Positions 11,141-23,300 of a DNA stretch of 64,000 nt are shown one piece after another. A program made the position numbers and the translations under genes. Each line of letters starts with the position of its first letter. Within the stretch, counting starts at the first letter, position 1. The stretch comes from Geosiphon pyriformis uo1. Lineage: Eukaryota > Fungi > Glomeromycota. The stretch lies in assembly GCA_016748015.1 (NCBI GenBank), contig JAAOMT010000009.1, positions 514,459 to 578,458 on the forward strand, given 5' to 3'. The notes under the pieces are model-generated. The model did not search any database. It saw only the letters and a list, made by a program, of their open reading frames with translations, and was not told where the DNA came from.

Positions 11141-13219
11141 GTTTTTCTTCTACTGTAGCTTCAGTGTACATGGCAGTGATAGCTTTTTGTTTATTAGCTG
11201 CTGCATTGCTAAGCAAGAATGATGATTCATTGGCTTTAAATTCAAATAGAAAGATATCTGAAAGGTTGGCATTTTGGGCAATTTGGGCTGATGGAATGGT
11301 GTTGTTAAAAGAATTTGATCTTGGTGCTGCAATTTTACCTTCAGAAAGTGTAGATTGTTGAAAATCCGATTCTTCAGGCATTGTAAGATAACTGGATTGA
11401 GTGTGATAGTGATTGGGTCTTTGCTGACCAGAATTTTGGGGAACCAACTGGTTATTTGGGTTGATTCTGTTGTTGTTATTCTGAAATTGACTTTGGGGTA
11501 TAAATTGGTTATGTTGAATCAATCTTCTGGCTGGTACTTGATATTGTTGAGTAAGTGGTGTCTGATATTGCTGAATTGGTAAAAATTGCTGATATTGTTG
11601 CTGTATTGGTTGTGAAGCTGGTTGATAGTAACTGTTTTGATTTTGTGGTCTTGGTGAATAATAAGTTGGTGGTAGAGATTGGTAATAAGATTGTTGTAGT
11701 AAAGAGTAATATTGATTACTTTTGTTTTGTTGATCTCTTTGCAATTTTCTACAATTTCGTTTCCAGTGTCCTGAAATTTCACAATAATGACAATTTTGAG
11801 GTTGGTTGTTGGATGGTGAACCAAAATTGTTTTGGTTTTGTCATTGTGGTGGTTAATATCTTTGTAATTACTGCTGTTGTTGTTGGTTTGTAAAGTAGTT
11901 TTCAACCTTCTTTGTGAGTTGGTCTATTTTTTTTTCAGCTGCTGAGCTGGTTTCTCCAATGGCTAGGTTGACAAGTTTGGTGTGGTTTGCTTCTTCTATT
12001 GCTATTTTATAGTTCTTTGCATGTCTAATAGCAGTTGCTAAGTTTGCTGGTACATGTGGGCAAACTTTCTTAATGAGTTTGTTTTTTAATCCAGCTATGA
12101 ATTGATCCAGAATCTGGGCATCAGAATAGTAATCATTGGTTTCCAATTGTCAAATTCGTCAAAGGAGTTTGTTGAATCTCCCAAGATAAGTCATAACAGT
12201 CTCAGATGTTTCTTGTTTAATATTGCAAAAGCGATTATAGAGAGTAATAGAAGTGTTGTTGTTAGTAAATTGTTGTAGAAAAGCATCTTTAAATGCTTGC
12301 CAGTTCTCAAATGGTTCTTCTAAATTTTCAAACTATTCTCCTGCTGTTCCTTGGAGAAAGTAGGAAATAGCTTTGAGCATTCTTGCTGCAATCCAACCAT
12401 TTGCATCTCCTGCTTTTTGAACTTTGTTAAGTCATTCTTGAGAACTGATATTATTGTCTTTACCAGTGAATTCTGGAATTTTTGCAATGTAAGCAGTTGC
12501 CATTTCTTCTTCATTTCCTGTGATTTCTTTTGGTTCTGATTCAGTTTCTTCACTTTCCAAGCTTTCTGAATGATTACTTTCGTTTTCTTGTAAGTAATCA
12601 ATGATATTGGCACTTGTTGATATTGGTTCTTGTTGTTGAGTAGAATTTCTAGGTGACTGGAAATCTTCTGGTCTGGAAAAACAGTTAAGTGGTGAACTTG
12701 GTGTTTGTGGTTGAACAAGTGAAATTAGAAATGGGGTAATAAAAAGTGGTAATTTGACACTGGTTCCTCGTTCAGGTGTTTGCAGATGTTTGGTAGTTGT
12801 CTTTTGTAGTGTTGGTGTATTTGGAGTGGTTCTTGAGTATTGCTTCAATCTTTGTTTGCCTTTGTTGCTTGTTTCTGTCTTTGTTTCAAAGTCAATAGAG
12901 TATTAAGACTGTGCTGGGTATTTTTCTTCACAATACTCAATAATGTTAAAATTAAGTTCTTGGAAGTAGGTAGCAAGTGTTCACTGTTCAGGTCTTCTGT
13001 TTCCAATCGTGAATAGTACACTAAATTATTGTAGAGGTTGCTTTTGACTTCTGAAATATTGTAGTTTCCAAAAAAATAATTGTTGATGTGGTTTTCAATA
13101 TATTGGTATACTGATTTCTTAACAACTTCAATTCCGTCTGAGATGTTGAATTTTTGCTTGCAGTGAGTGTAAATTGACTGGTAATACTCTAAAGTTGCTG
13201 TGTCTGGTGTGGTCACCAC
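11140..13219 (-). pseudogene. Gypsy-1 gag (capsid, CCHC knuckle, Q/N/Y-rich region)
   Basis: IAKIPEFTG, QILDQFIAGL, CHYCEISGHWKRNC knuckle (~11750-11795); frameshifted and stop-interrupted. Confidence 0.85.
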
Positions 13220-13250
13220 TTTGAATTTGTTATTGCTGTGTTATTTCTAT

Positions 13251-13262
13251 GGAAGAGCACCA
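13251..13262 (-). promoter_or_regulatory. Primer binding site TGGTGCTCTTCC (tRNA ending ...GAGCACCA; elongator Met or Ile plausible, unresolved)
   Basis: TGG starts 2 nt after the 5' LTR; equivalent PBS at 37041-37052 and 39091-39100. Confidence 0.8.
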
Positions 13263-13264
13263 AA

Positions 13265-14235
13265 TGTTACCAAAGGTTATTTGGTCTCTTTTTTTGAATG
13301 TTGTTGATGTTGATTTGCTGTGAATTCATGTTTTTAGGAAGTAATTGGACCTTCAGTAACTGAATTTATCTTTAAATTATCTTTTATAATTTGAACTGCT
13401 GGGCTTATAAATGGAATAGCCAATTCCTTGCCAGTTACTTTATGTAGTTACATTGTAGTAAATGTCAACTCTTTCCCAGGAATTGCTCATCTGAAAGCTC
13501 ACTAAAAAATGTGTAATTACTTTGCTGTGAAAGTCAACTCTTCTACAGAAATTTCATCTGTAGACTACCCTAATGATTATGATAAGAAAAATAAAAAAAT
13601 AAAAGAAATGTAAAAAAATGGAATTTATCAAGGGAAACGTTTTCTATCCAGGCCTGGAGTCATTAACAGATTATTGAAATTAATAGCTAATCAATTTCAA
13701 AACGTTAGTTGTGTTGAGGAAATTTCAAGTGTAATAATTTAAGGATTTAGTTTTCAAATATTTAATTTTTATTTGAATGTGCAAAAGGTGATTTGTTTTC
13801 AATTAAGATATCTAAAGTAAGATACTATAGTAAAATATTATGAGAAGATACATTTTCTTGAAAAGAGAAGCTCTTCTTTTATACAACTTGTTGTAGTACT
13901 AATCTTTGAACTTGCACTTTTCTCTTTGCTACAATTTGGGTAAACTAAAGATACATTTTGGCAAATTTACAAATTATTTCACTGAACTATTGATTATTTC
14001 GGCAAATTTTTATTAATTTTGGCGAATTTTGACTATGTTAAAAGATTCAGAGTATTGTGTAATTTGATTATCTTAATTTCTAGAGTACAAATCGAATTAT
14101 TGATTGAGTAATAATATTTGATAATTTGATTAAATAATAAGTGATAATCGAATTAATAATAATGTATGCTAATTAATAATAGGAATTATAAGGGTAATTT
14201 CATGCTAATTAATAGCTAAAATTCTACTGGTAACA
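13265..14235 (-). repeat. 5' LTR of Gypsy-1 (family A)
   Basis: Direct repeat of 4342-5313; followed by the PBS on the minus strand. Confidence 0.96.
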
Positions 14236-14354
14236 TCGGTCTGAGTGGCTGGTCACATGTAGAAAATGCATGATTCACACTTAGTTTAGGTCATTCCTTT
14301 GATGTATAGTATTAGGTAGTGTTTAGACCTCATTCATAAAGCAATAAAAAAAAA
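14236..14354 (+). mobile_element. Remainder of LINE A 3' UTR with poly(A)
   Basis: GGTCTGAGTGGCTGGTCACATGTAG... matches the 3' UTR at 47747-47880; ends AATAAAAAAAAAA. Confidence 0.9.
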
Positions 14355-15830
14355 TATTTGTTAAGTATTAAATCTAATATTAGTATATTAGTCATTAATT
14401 TGGTTTAGAGTTTTACTAAGAGTCACAAATTTGTTATATGATTACTAGATACCAAACTAAAGATGTATTATAAAAAACATGATTTTTTATTGCATGATAA
14501 ATCTATAATTCCAATAATTCTGATTTGTTTTTCTTGTAGTTTCTTAAAATAATTCATAATTTTAGTATTAAACTAAGTATGCATATTTGCTTTAAGTTGT
14601 ATTTTTGTTTGGCCAGTATGTATTTTGGTTTTTTGTATGACTTTTCTATAGTAAATAGTTTAAGTATATAGTGCTGTTTTAATTGATCTGAGTGGCTGAT
14701 TATGTATAAAAAAAGCATAAATCATATTTAATATAAGATTTTGTATAATTATATGTTTTTAGATAATAGTTAAATTGCACTCATAAAATAAAAAATAAAT
14801 AAATAAATCTTTTATTTTAGTTGTTTTATAATTTTATTTATACTTATTTAATATATATAATAAAATATTTTTGATTATTAAATTATATTTAAAATAAAAC
14901 TGTTTTTAACATAGTTTTAAATATATTTATTATAAATATAAATTTTTTATTAAAGTTTAAATATATTAATATTAAAATTTTTATAAATTATTATTTAAAA
15001 TAATTAAATATTTTTGTTATTTATAAATTTATTTATTTTTTTATTTATTTTAACTAAGTATATTTTAATTATTAACTATAATATAAAATTTAAAAATCTT
15101 AAAATAATTACAATATATGTATTTTTACATATAATTAATTGTTTAAGTCAATTAAAACCAAACTATATTAAATTTAAAAAAATTTAAAATACAATTATTT
15201 TTAATTTTTTATATATTTATTTAATAATAATATTTGTATTTAATTTAATATTAAAAGTCTAAAATTTTTAAAAAGTTATTATTTAAACAAAATTACTTTA
15301 TTAATATTATTATTAAAAATTTTTATAATTTTATAATTTATAATTTTATATTTAATTTTAAGTTTATTATATTTTTTATACAACTTATTTGTTTTATTTT
15401 AAAAACAATAACATTTTTTGAATTTAATATATTTTTTATTTAATTTAATATACAAAATAAAAAAAGTTTTAACTAATTTAATTATTAAAAATATTAAAAT
15501 ATTAATAAGTTTAACAATAAACTTAATTAATAAAACTAAATTAGTTAGTTCAAATTTTAAAAAAGCCAATTTAAAATTAATTAAAAAATTAACAACAGTA
15601 ATAGCAACAAAACAGCCAAAAAAATATCAAAAAAATCAATAAAACAAAAATTTTAACATAAAATTTAGCATTAATAAAATAAAATTTTAAAATTTACTAT
15701 AAATTTAAAAAAAATAAGTAAGAACATTTTTATAATTTATAATTAAATAATTTAAATTTTGATACTTAAAACAATATTAACAATCAAAAATTTTTTATCA
15801 AATATAATATTTTCTTAAAATATTAATTTT
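14355..15830. mobile_element. Highly decayed LINE relics: + strand 3' end at 14355-14805; probable - strand 3' end from ~15040
   Basis: GATCTGAGTGGCTGATTATGTA 3' UTR remnant with a (TAAA)n tail; reverse-complement remnant near 15120-15170. Confidence 0.6.
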
Positions 15831-15834
15831 AGGT

Positions 15835-18800
15835 AAAAGAAAGATGATTAATAACATCATAGATCATTCTTTTTATAAAGTTGTTCTTGATCACTTAGTA
15901 GTAAGTGAGGATATAATTTTGGAACCAGTTGAAGTAAAACTCAAAGTTGATAATATAATAGTTAATTGAACAAGAAAGTATATGGTTTCAGTAACTGTGT
16001 CTATTTTGTAATCTTATTAATATGTTCCTTTGGGCTATGTAAAAGATACCATTTTCTCTGATGTAATAAATAAGATCAATTTGTCTGATTTGGTTTTGGT
16101 CATTAAGAATTTACTTGATGATAAAGCTGCTGAGCTTTCAAGTATATCAAACAAACTTTGAAAGTATTGTGATAATATAGTATTAGGTTGTCTTTTAGAC
16201 TTGCTAAATACTTGTCTTATGTGTAGTGATATTCTAGCTCCTTGGAAGTGTGTCTGAGTTTTAATGATTCCCAAGCCCTATAAATAGAAAAGACACCTTA
16301 TGAACACATAACCTATTGCTTTAATTGAAACTGCTTGTAAGATTTTGTTAAAAGTTTTGTCAGACCACATATCTTCAGCTTACAATGAATTTAATATTCT
16401 TAGAGGTAACAATTTTTCAGTCCTGAAAGACATGTCTACTTAGTTACTTGTGTTTGTTGTTGATTTGATAATAGAAGATATTATTAAAAAAGAAAAAAAA
16501 CTCTGGTTGGTTTTGCAAAATATGCATAAGGCCTATAATTTTGTAGGGTATTATCATTTAGAAACTAGTCTGAAACATATTAAGATGTGTAATAAATTTA
16601 TTGGATTTTTCAGAAATATTTACTTGAACAGAATCAACAAAATTATGACTAATTTTGGGCTTTCAGATGACTACAGAATTCTGGATGGGCTTGACTAAGA
16701 TAAAGTGTTTTTTTTACTTCTCTGAAGAATCTTTTATGATCTGCTTTTATGTAAAGTTAAAAGGCATAAACATTTGTATAGATACAGGATTGACTTATAA
16801 TTTGTTGCAAATTTGGGTAGAATAGAAGTACAAGCTGGGATGACATTGTTACCAAACAAAATTAGAGATATTGTTTAGCATGAAATTACCCTTATAAATC
16901 TTATTATTAATTAGCATATATTATCATTTCAAATTATCACTTATTACATTAGCAAAATATCTGAAATTATCATTTAATTAATAACCCAATTTGTACATAA
17001 CACAAATGTAACTTAATTGCAATGATCAATTATGCAATACCCCGAACTATGTAACATTCAAAAAGTTTGCCGAAATTTGTAAGAAATTTGCCAAAATAAT
17101 TGATAGTTCGCCGAAATATCTAATAGTTTGCCGAAATGTATTTTTAGTTCAGCAAAATTATAGAAAATAGCAAAGTTCAAGTTCATAGAATAGTGTTATG
17201 ACAAGTTGTATAAAAGAAGAGCTTTTTTCTTCAAGGAAATGTATCTTACTTCAGATTCAATAATTAGAATCATCTTTTACACCCAAAAACAAAATAAATA
17301 TCAAATAAATTCGAAAAACCAAATTCTTAATTATTTCCCTTGAAATTAACTAATTCCTACTAACAGTTTGAAATTGATTAGCTACCAATTTCAGTAGACT
17401 GTTAAAACACTTCCAGGCCTGGATCTGAAATGACTTCCATAAATCATCAGTTTTACTTTTTCTTTTACATTTCTTTTATTCTCTTTCTTTTCTTATTATA
17501 AATTATTTAGGTAGCCTACAAATGAGAATTCCTGTAAAAAAGTTGACTTTCACAGCAAAGTAACTACACATTTTTAGTGAGCTTCCAGATGAGCAATTCC
17601 TGAGAAAGAGTTGACATTTACTACAATGTAACTATACAAAGTAACTGGCATGGAATTGGCCATTCCACTTATAAGCCCAGCAGTTCAAATTATAGGAGAT
17701 AATTTGAAGATAAATTCAGTTATCGAAGGTTTAAACACTTCCCATAATTGTGAATTAACAACATTACAACAAACATACAAGAGCTAAAAAGAGACCAAAA
17801 ACCTCTAGTAACAACATCTTATTTTGCTGCTGGAACTTTTGTAGATGACACAATTTGGGTGGGCAGCAGTCAGGCTGCCATTCAGTACATCTTGAACATA
17901 GCCAGTAAATTTTTTGTCTTAAATAATATTTTTATAAACACAGAAAAAACTATTGCCATTTCTATTAATCAAAGGATTAAAGATGCTTTCTTGTTTATTA
18001 GTGGTTTGCTGATTGTTGTGGCTAAAAAAGATGAATCTTATCAGTACTTGGGTATTTTTTTGTCAACAGAGGAGCTCTCAAAGTCTAGTTTGATTAAGGC
18101 ACATTCAGATGTGTATTTCTTTTTAAACATGATTCTGCATAAAGCTGTCTCTGATAAACAATTTTGTCATCTGGTTTTATCTGTTCTACAATCTATCAAC
18201 AGTTATAAGATGCAATTTAGTTTTATTCCTGACAATATTTACTTTAAGTGGAATATTGTAATTAGAAAGAGCTTAAAAATTAAGGCACATCTTCCTTATG
18301 ACTTTCCTATAATTGTTTTGTTACATCCTTTTTTGTATGACATCAAAACATTTAGCCAGGTATAGACTGAAAATAAGTCATCTTCTGTTATTAGTTTCAT
18401 AAATGCTCCTAGTATTTTGGAATAGCTTTTTGTTTATCAGTGTTTGGATTTACACATTGCCAATTGGTTAACTATATATTCATTGTGTTATCCTATCAAA
18501 TTGTAAGTTAATTTTAAGGATAATTTTTTAGCTGGAATTGTAAGAATCTTCTTATTTTGTGGTTTGTTTTTTTCTATTCTGCCAAATGCTTTTCATTACT
18601 TTGGTGGTATGCTAATTTCTGAGGTTCTTAAGAGTGGTGTTTTCTTTGAGGTTTTTTATTCTCTGAAGTGGTGTGAAATTGCATTTATTAAACAACTATT
18701 AAATAAGAAGAGTGTCTGCTTTAATTAGAAGTGTTTTAAGCATTGGAAACATTTGAATCCACATGGCTCTGTTCCAGCATAGTTTAATTTGGCAGTCTGC

Positions 18801-20333
18801 TTTTTGGGTAACAGATTGCCTGTAGTTAACTTTAAGTTATGTCTGTTTAATGACTAAGTTATTAATCTTGTTGTTACTGACTCTATTGGCAAAATTAATA
18901 CCAGTCTTCTGGGTTTTAGTTCAGCTTTTTTCAATGTATACATGAACAGTTCTATAAAGTATTTTGGTTCTAATTTTGTTGTTGCTGGGGCTGCAATATT
19001 TTTTCTCAATATTAGTATTAATATTAGAGTGCATGTCTATAGTGTTATATCATCTATGTTGGCTGAGCTTAAGACTATTGTCCTAGTGCTTGCTTGCATT
19101 TCTTTAGGAAGTAGTATTGTCATTTATTCTAATAGTCAAGCTGTCATTTTTGTGTGTACTGACAAGTCAATTTTGACTTTGCTGGATTTCAGAAAACATT
19201 TGTGGATAGAGTGCTATCAAATTGTTAATTTTATTAGCAGAAAGTTACTTACAGTATTCTGGATCAAGATCAAAAGCCATTCTGGTGTTTTGGGTAATAA
19301 ACATGCTGATGGAATTGCCTTTGATACTTGCTGTTATGATGTAATCTTCCATATCTTTGTTGATGAGTATTTTGTGAGATCTGGTGATTTGGTGCTGTCT
19401 TATAACATTTGGCATTACATTAGAGATTTCTATTCAATATTGTATTGGACTAAATAAGAGAGTAAGTTTGGCTTCAAGATTAGAGAAACTTGTGATGTCA
19501 AATTAGTGGATTGGAAGAGGACTTTTGCAGTCTGGCACCCTGATAGTTACATGGCTTTTGGCTTTATAAGTTATTAGTTAGCATGTTTAAGAACTTATTT
19601 CATAAAATCATTGCATGGCTGTCTATCTGTGGCAGCCCAGAAATGTGTATACTATAATTTTTACCCAAGTGTCAAGTGTTTGTTTTGTGATATGGTTAAT
19701 ATGTCTGACCATTTTTTTGTGTGCTCTTATGATGTGTTGGTTTGTAGCAAAATTTTGTTAAATTTTGGCATAAAATAATTATTGCTGCCAAATGTTGTCA
19801 TTTTTTCTTCTGTGATCATCCAGAATCTCTTTTTTTGTGTAAGCAATGTTGGTCTGTATTCAATTTTGGCAAGAGATTTTGTATCTGTTAGTTGGTACAG
19901 TAAGGCTTTAGATGTTTGTGGTGGTCTTGAGTTGGCTAGTGTGATAATTGTAGATTTTGTTAGAAATTTGGCATCAGTTTAAAGATCTATAATATAGTGC
20001 AGTAAATTTGAATGCTAAGTATCCATAGAAAAGATGGGACTTGTAATTACTGATGACAGTATGGATTAAGTTACTAATGGTAATAAATGTGTATTGAGTA
20101 ATGGAGTTGTCAAATTACTTAATATAGATTAAATTAGAGATATGTATTCTGGTATGCATAGTAAATGTTTGTTTTTTTTAGATCTGGATGATGATATAAC
20201 AGTAGTGATGAACTTGTAATGTAGCTTTGGCTGACCCAAGTGGCTGGTCACATGTAGAAAGTGCATGAATTGTATTTAGTTTTGTGATACATGTATGTCA
20301 TATGTTTTTAGATAGCAATTAGACTACACTTAT
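15835..20333 (+). mobile_element. LINE copy B (divergent subfamily, 5'-truncated ORF2 pseudogene plus 3' UTR), interrupted by a solo LTR
   Basis: LWLVLQNMHKAY, AAGTFVDDT, RNase H WIKIKSHSGVLGNKHAD; 3' UTR GTGGCTGGTCACATGTAG at ~20240. Confidence 0.92.
16847..17813 (+). repeat. Solo LTR, family A
   Basis: TGTTACC...TAGTAACA; similar to the reverse complement of the Gypsy-1 LTRs; perfect 4-bp TSD ACAT (16843-16846 and 17814-17817); LINE RT reads QAGMT|SYFAAG across it. Confidence 0.95.
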
Positions 20334-23300
20334 TGTTATGAGTAAATTTGGTGAGGTAAAAAGATGGTAACATTTGGTGTTTTCAATTATTAGTAAGATG
20401 TGTTTTGTGTAATTCCAGTGGTTTAATCTTGATTATCAATTTCTGAAGGTCTTATTTTACTGGTTGTGAATTTACCCATTGAGTTCTTTGGTTATAAGGC
20501 ACAGAGTTTTGGTTCTTACTAATTACAACTTCTTATAAAAATGAGCTTTCTTTTTCAAGCTAATAAGTGTAGTTATTAGGGTCTGGCATTGTTTTTTTAC
20601 CCTTCTGGTAAGCTATCAAGATAACATTAATATCTAAAAATCTAGGAGAAGCTTCTCTCTTTTACCAGGCTATTACAAAGTTTATTTCCAGACAGTTGAT
20701 TTTACTATATTACTGCTTCAAAAGAAAAAAAAAATAAAATAAAATAAAATAAAATAAAAAAAATAAAAAAATAAATAAATTAGTATTATCAATCACTGTG
20801 TTCAAAAGTGATTGGTCCAAATTATTAATAGTTTGAAACAGTTATGCTAAGAGCATCTGTCCTAAAACAAAGATATGAAATAATGGTTAATTTACATAAA
20901 TTCCACAAAGTTTGAGAACATAAATTCGTGATTCTGATTTTTTAATAATTTAATTTATTTTAGAAGATGAAGATAGAATAGAATAAATGATGGAAGAGGT
21001 AAAGATATTTGATTCTTGTTTAGTGGTTTGTATCTATCTGTTTGTCTGTTTTTATCTTATATAATTACTCGTTTTTATACATTTTTTTGGTTTTACAGGA
21101 TTGCTTCTGATTGTTTCATTATTGTTAATTATTACTTTGTTATTTCTGTTATTGCTTTATTCTTCTATGTTATTACTAGTTATTCTACATTATAACACAT
21201 TATCTAGTGTTATTATGTGTTATTTTGTGTTATCTCATATTGTAATATATTATCCTGCACTATTCTAAGTTATAATGCATTATCCAACATTATTGTGTGC
21301 TATTCTGTATTATGTCACATTCTGATTATATTTTTTCATAACTTTAGATTGGTTTTTCTATTTGGGTAATATTATTTCTCTCTTTTTAGAATTGAGCTTC
21401 TGCAAAATCATATGTATCTGTTTCTATGTCTTTGTTTGTGTAATGTTTGATGGTTGTGTTAAATATTGTTTTTTATAGGTCTTCAAACTATTGATTGGTA
21501 ATTTGTTCTATGTTGTTAACTATTATTGTCTTTATAGATTCATACAACAGTACATTTAGACAATGTTAAAAAGTGGTGTATAGTTAGTATACTGTTTTGT
21601 AATATAGAGTCAGATTGCTTCTTTCTATGAATTTTTCTACTTGTTGTATTGCTTTTTTGTTAAAAGTTTTCTGGCTGAAGTTTCTATATAGTATCTTTAA
21701 GCCTAATTGTTCACTCATTTTGTAGAACCAATAAGCTAGAAGAAGTCTTTCTTTCCATTTTTTTGTATTATCTAGTGTTTATTTTCTTGTTTTAGGAAGA
21801 TTGATTCTATGAACTAAAGCTTTTTTAATTTTTTTAAGCTTAGAGACCAAGTATCTTCTTTTATAAACTTTTTTTTGTTTCTTCACTCTTTTTTCAAGCC
21901 CCACCCAAGATGATTTAATTCCTTTTTGTAAAATTTTTTTCTCAGGCAGGATGTAGGGATGAGAATAGTTAATTTTAATTGAACTTGTGCCTATCTCTTT
22001 CTTGTTTTTATCTTTATAGCATATTTTTTTTTATCAATTGTCACTTCTATTTGAGCAGAAAATTGTTGAATTGCATCAAATAGTTGTTTTGAAAGTTGTA
22101 GAATTTGATTTGACAGATCTATATTGAAAGTTCTATTATTTCTTGTTGCTTTTTTTTGATGTTATATATTTGAATTTTTTAATTTAATTTGCTGCACATT
22201 GTTTATGTTTTGATGATAATAATTGGTTCCAGATCTTGTGGTATATCTTTTGGTCTGATTAATAAAATTTGTGTTTCTAGCTAAGATACTGATAATGATG
22301 ATTCCTGTTTTGTATGATAAATTTTTAACTGATTTCCATGTGCTACTTTCTTTAAAATCCTGTCTTCCAATCATAATTTGTAAGCTTCATTTTCTAAAGC
22401 TTTGTGTATGTAGAATAAACCATCCCACTTTGGGTCAAACTTTCCATTTTACTGTTTCTCAGCTTTTGTATAATGTAATAGTACTTGGTCTTTAATCTTA
22501 AATTCTATTTGTTGTTCTGATAGGTAGTTATCATGTCTTTTTTTTTGTTATTCTTGAGCATGACTAATATTGTCAGCTGCTGTTTTTCAATTGTTTTCTA
22601 ATGTTTTCATTAGCTGGTATATTCTTTGGTATAAGATAGCTTTAAAATTTTCTTTGTTAATTGTTTTTGTTGGGTATGATAGTATCATTTATTTAATTGG
22701 TAATATAGTTTTTTTTCCATAGACTAGTTCGAATAGTATAAACTGAGTCATATTTTGTTTCAATGTTCAATATGCAAAGAGTACAAAAAGTATAAATAAG
22801 TCTTATTCTTGTTTGTTTTTATGACTTATTTTTGCTAATGCTTTGCACAGTGTTTGGTTAAATTGTTCTACCAGTCTGTTTGTTTGTGGGTGATATCATG
22901 ATGATAAGAGTTACTTTATTCTAAACTATTGGCTTAGTTCAGTTAGTATATTATTAACAAAATGTGTTTCCTGATTAAATAATAAATCTTTCAGACATCT
23001 ATGTTGACAAATTAGGTCTTGATGCACAAATTCAGCTATTGTTTTAGTGTTGGCCACTTGGATTGTTCTGGCTTCTGGCCATTTTATAAGATAGTCTACA
23101 GTGTTATTCATAAAAAAAACAGATATAGAAAATAGTAGACCAATAAGAGAGTAGTAGTTAACATATAAGCATATTGCTCAACAATATGGAGCAATGTCAA
23201 AAATTATAGCATATTGCTCAACAATGTGGAGTGATGTTAGAAAATTAAGACATATTGCTCAAAAAATCATAGCACATTGCTCAGGAATGTAAGCAATCTC

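Larger units (their letters stand above)
4342..14235 (-). mobile_element. Complete Ty3/Gypsy LTR retrotransposon Gypsy-1 (~9.9 kb), degenerate
   Basis: Two ~970-bp LTRs (TGTTACCA...TGGTAACA), PBS, PPT, gag-PR-dUTPase-RT-RH-IN-ORF3 on the minus strand; the LINE 3' UTR resumes exactly at 14236; decayed 4-bp TSD TTAG/TCGG. Confidence 0.96.

Noticed and set aside
17586-17610. Hammerhead-like CAGATGAG...GAAA in the family-A LTR, and CTGAG in the LINE 3' UTR
   Set aside because: The core is not CUGANGA and stems II/III cannot be formed
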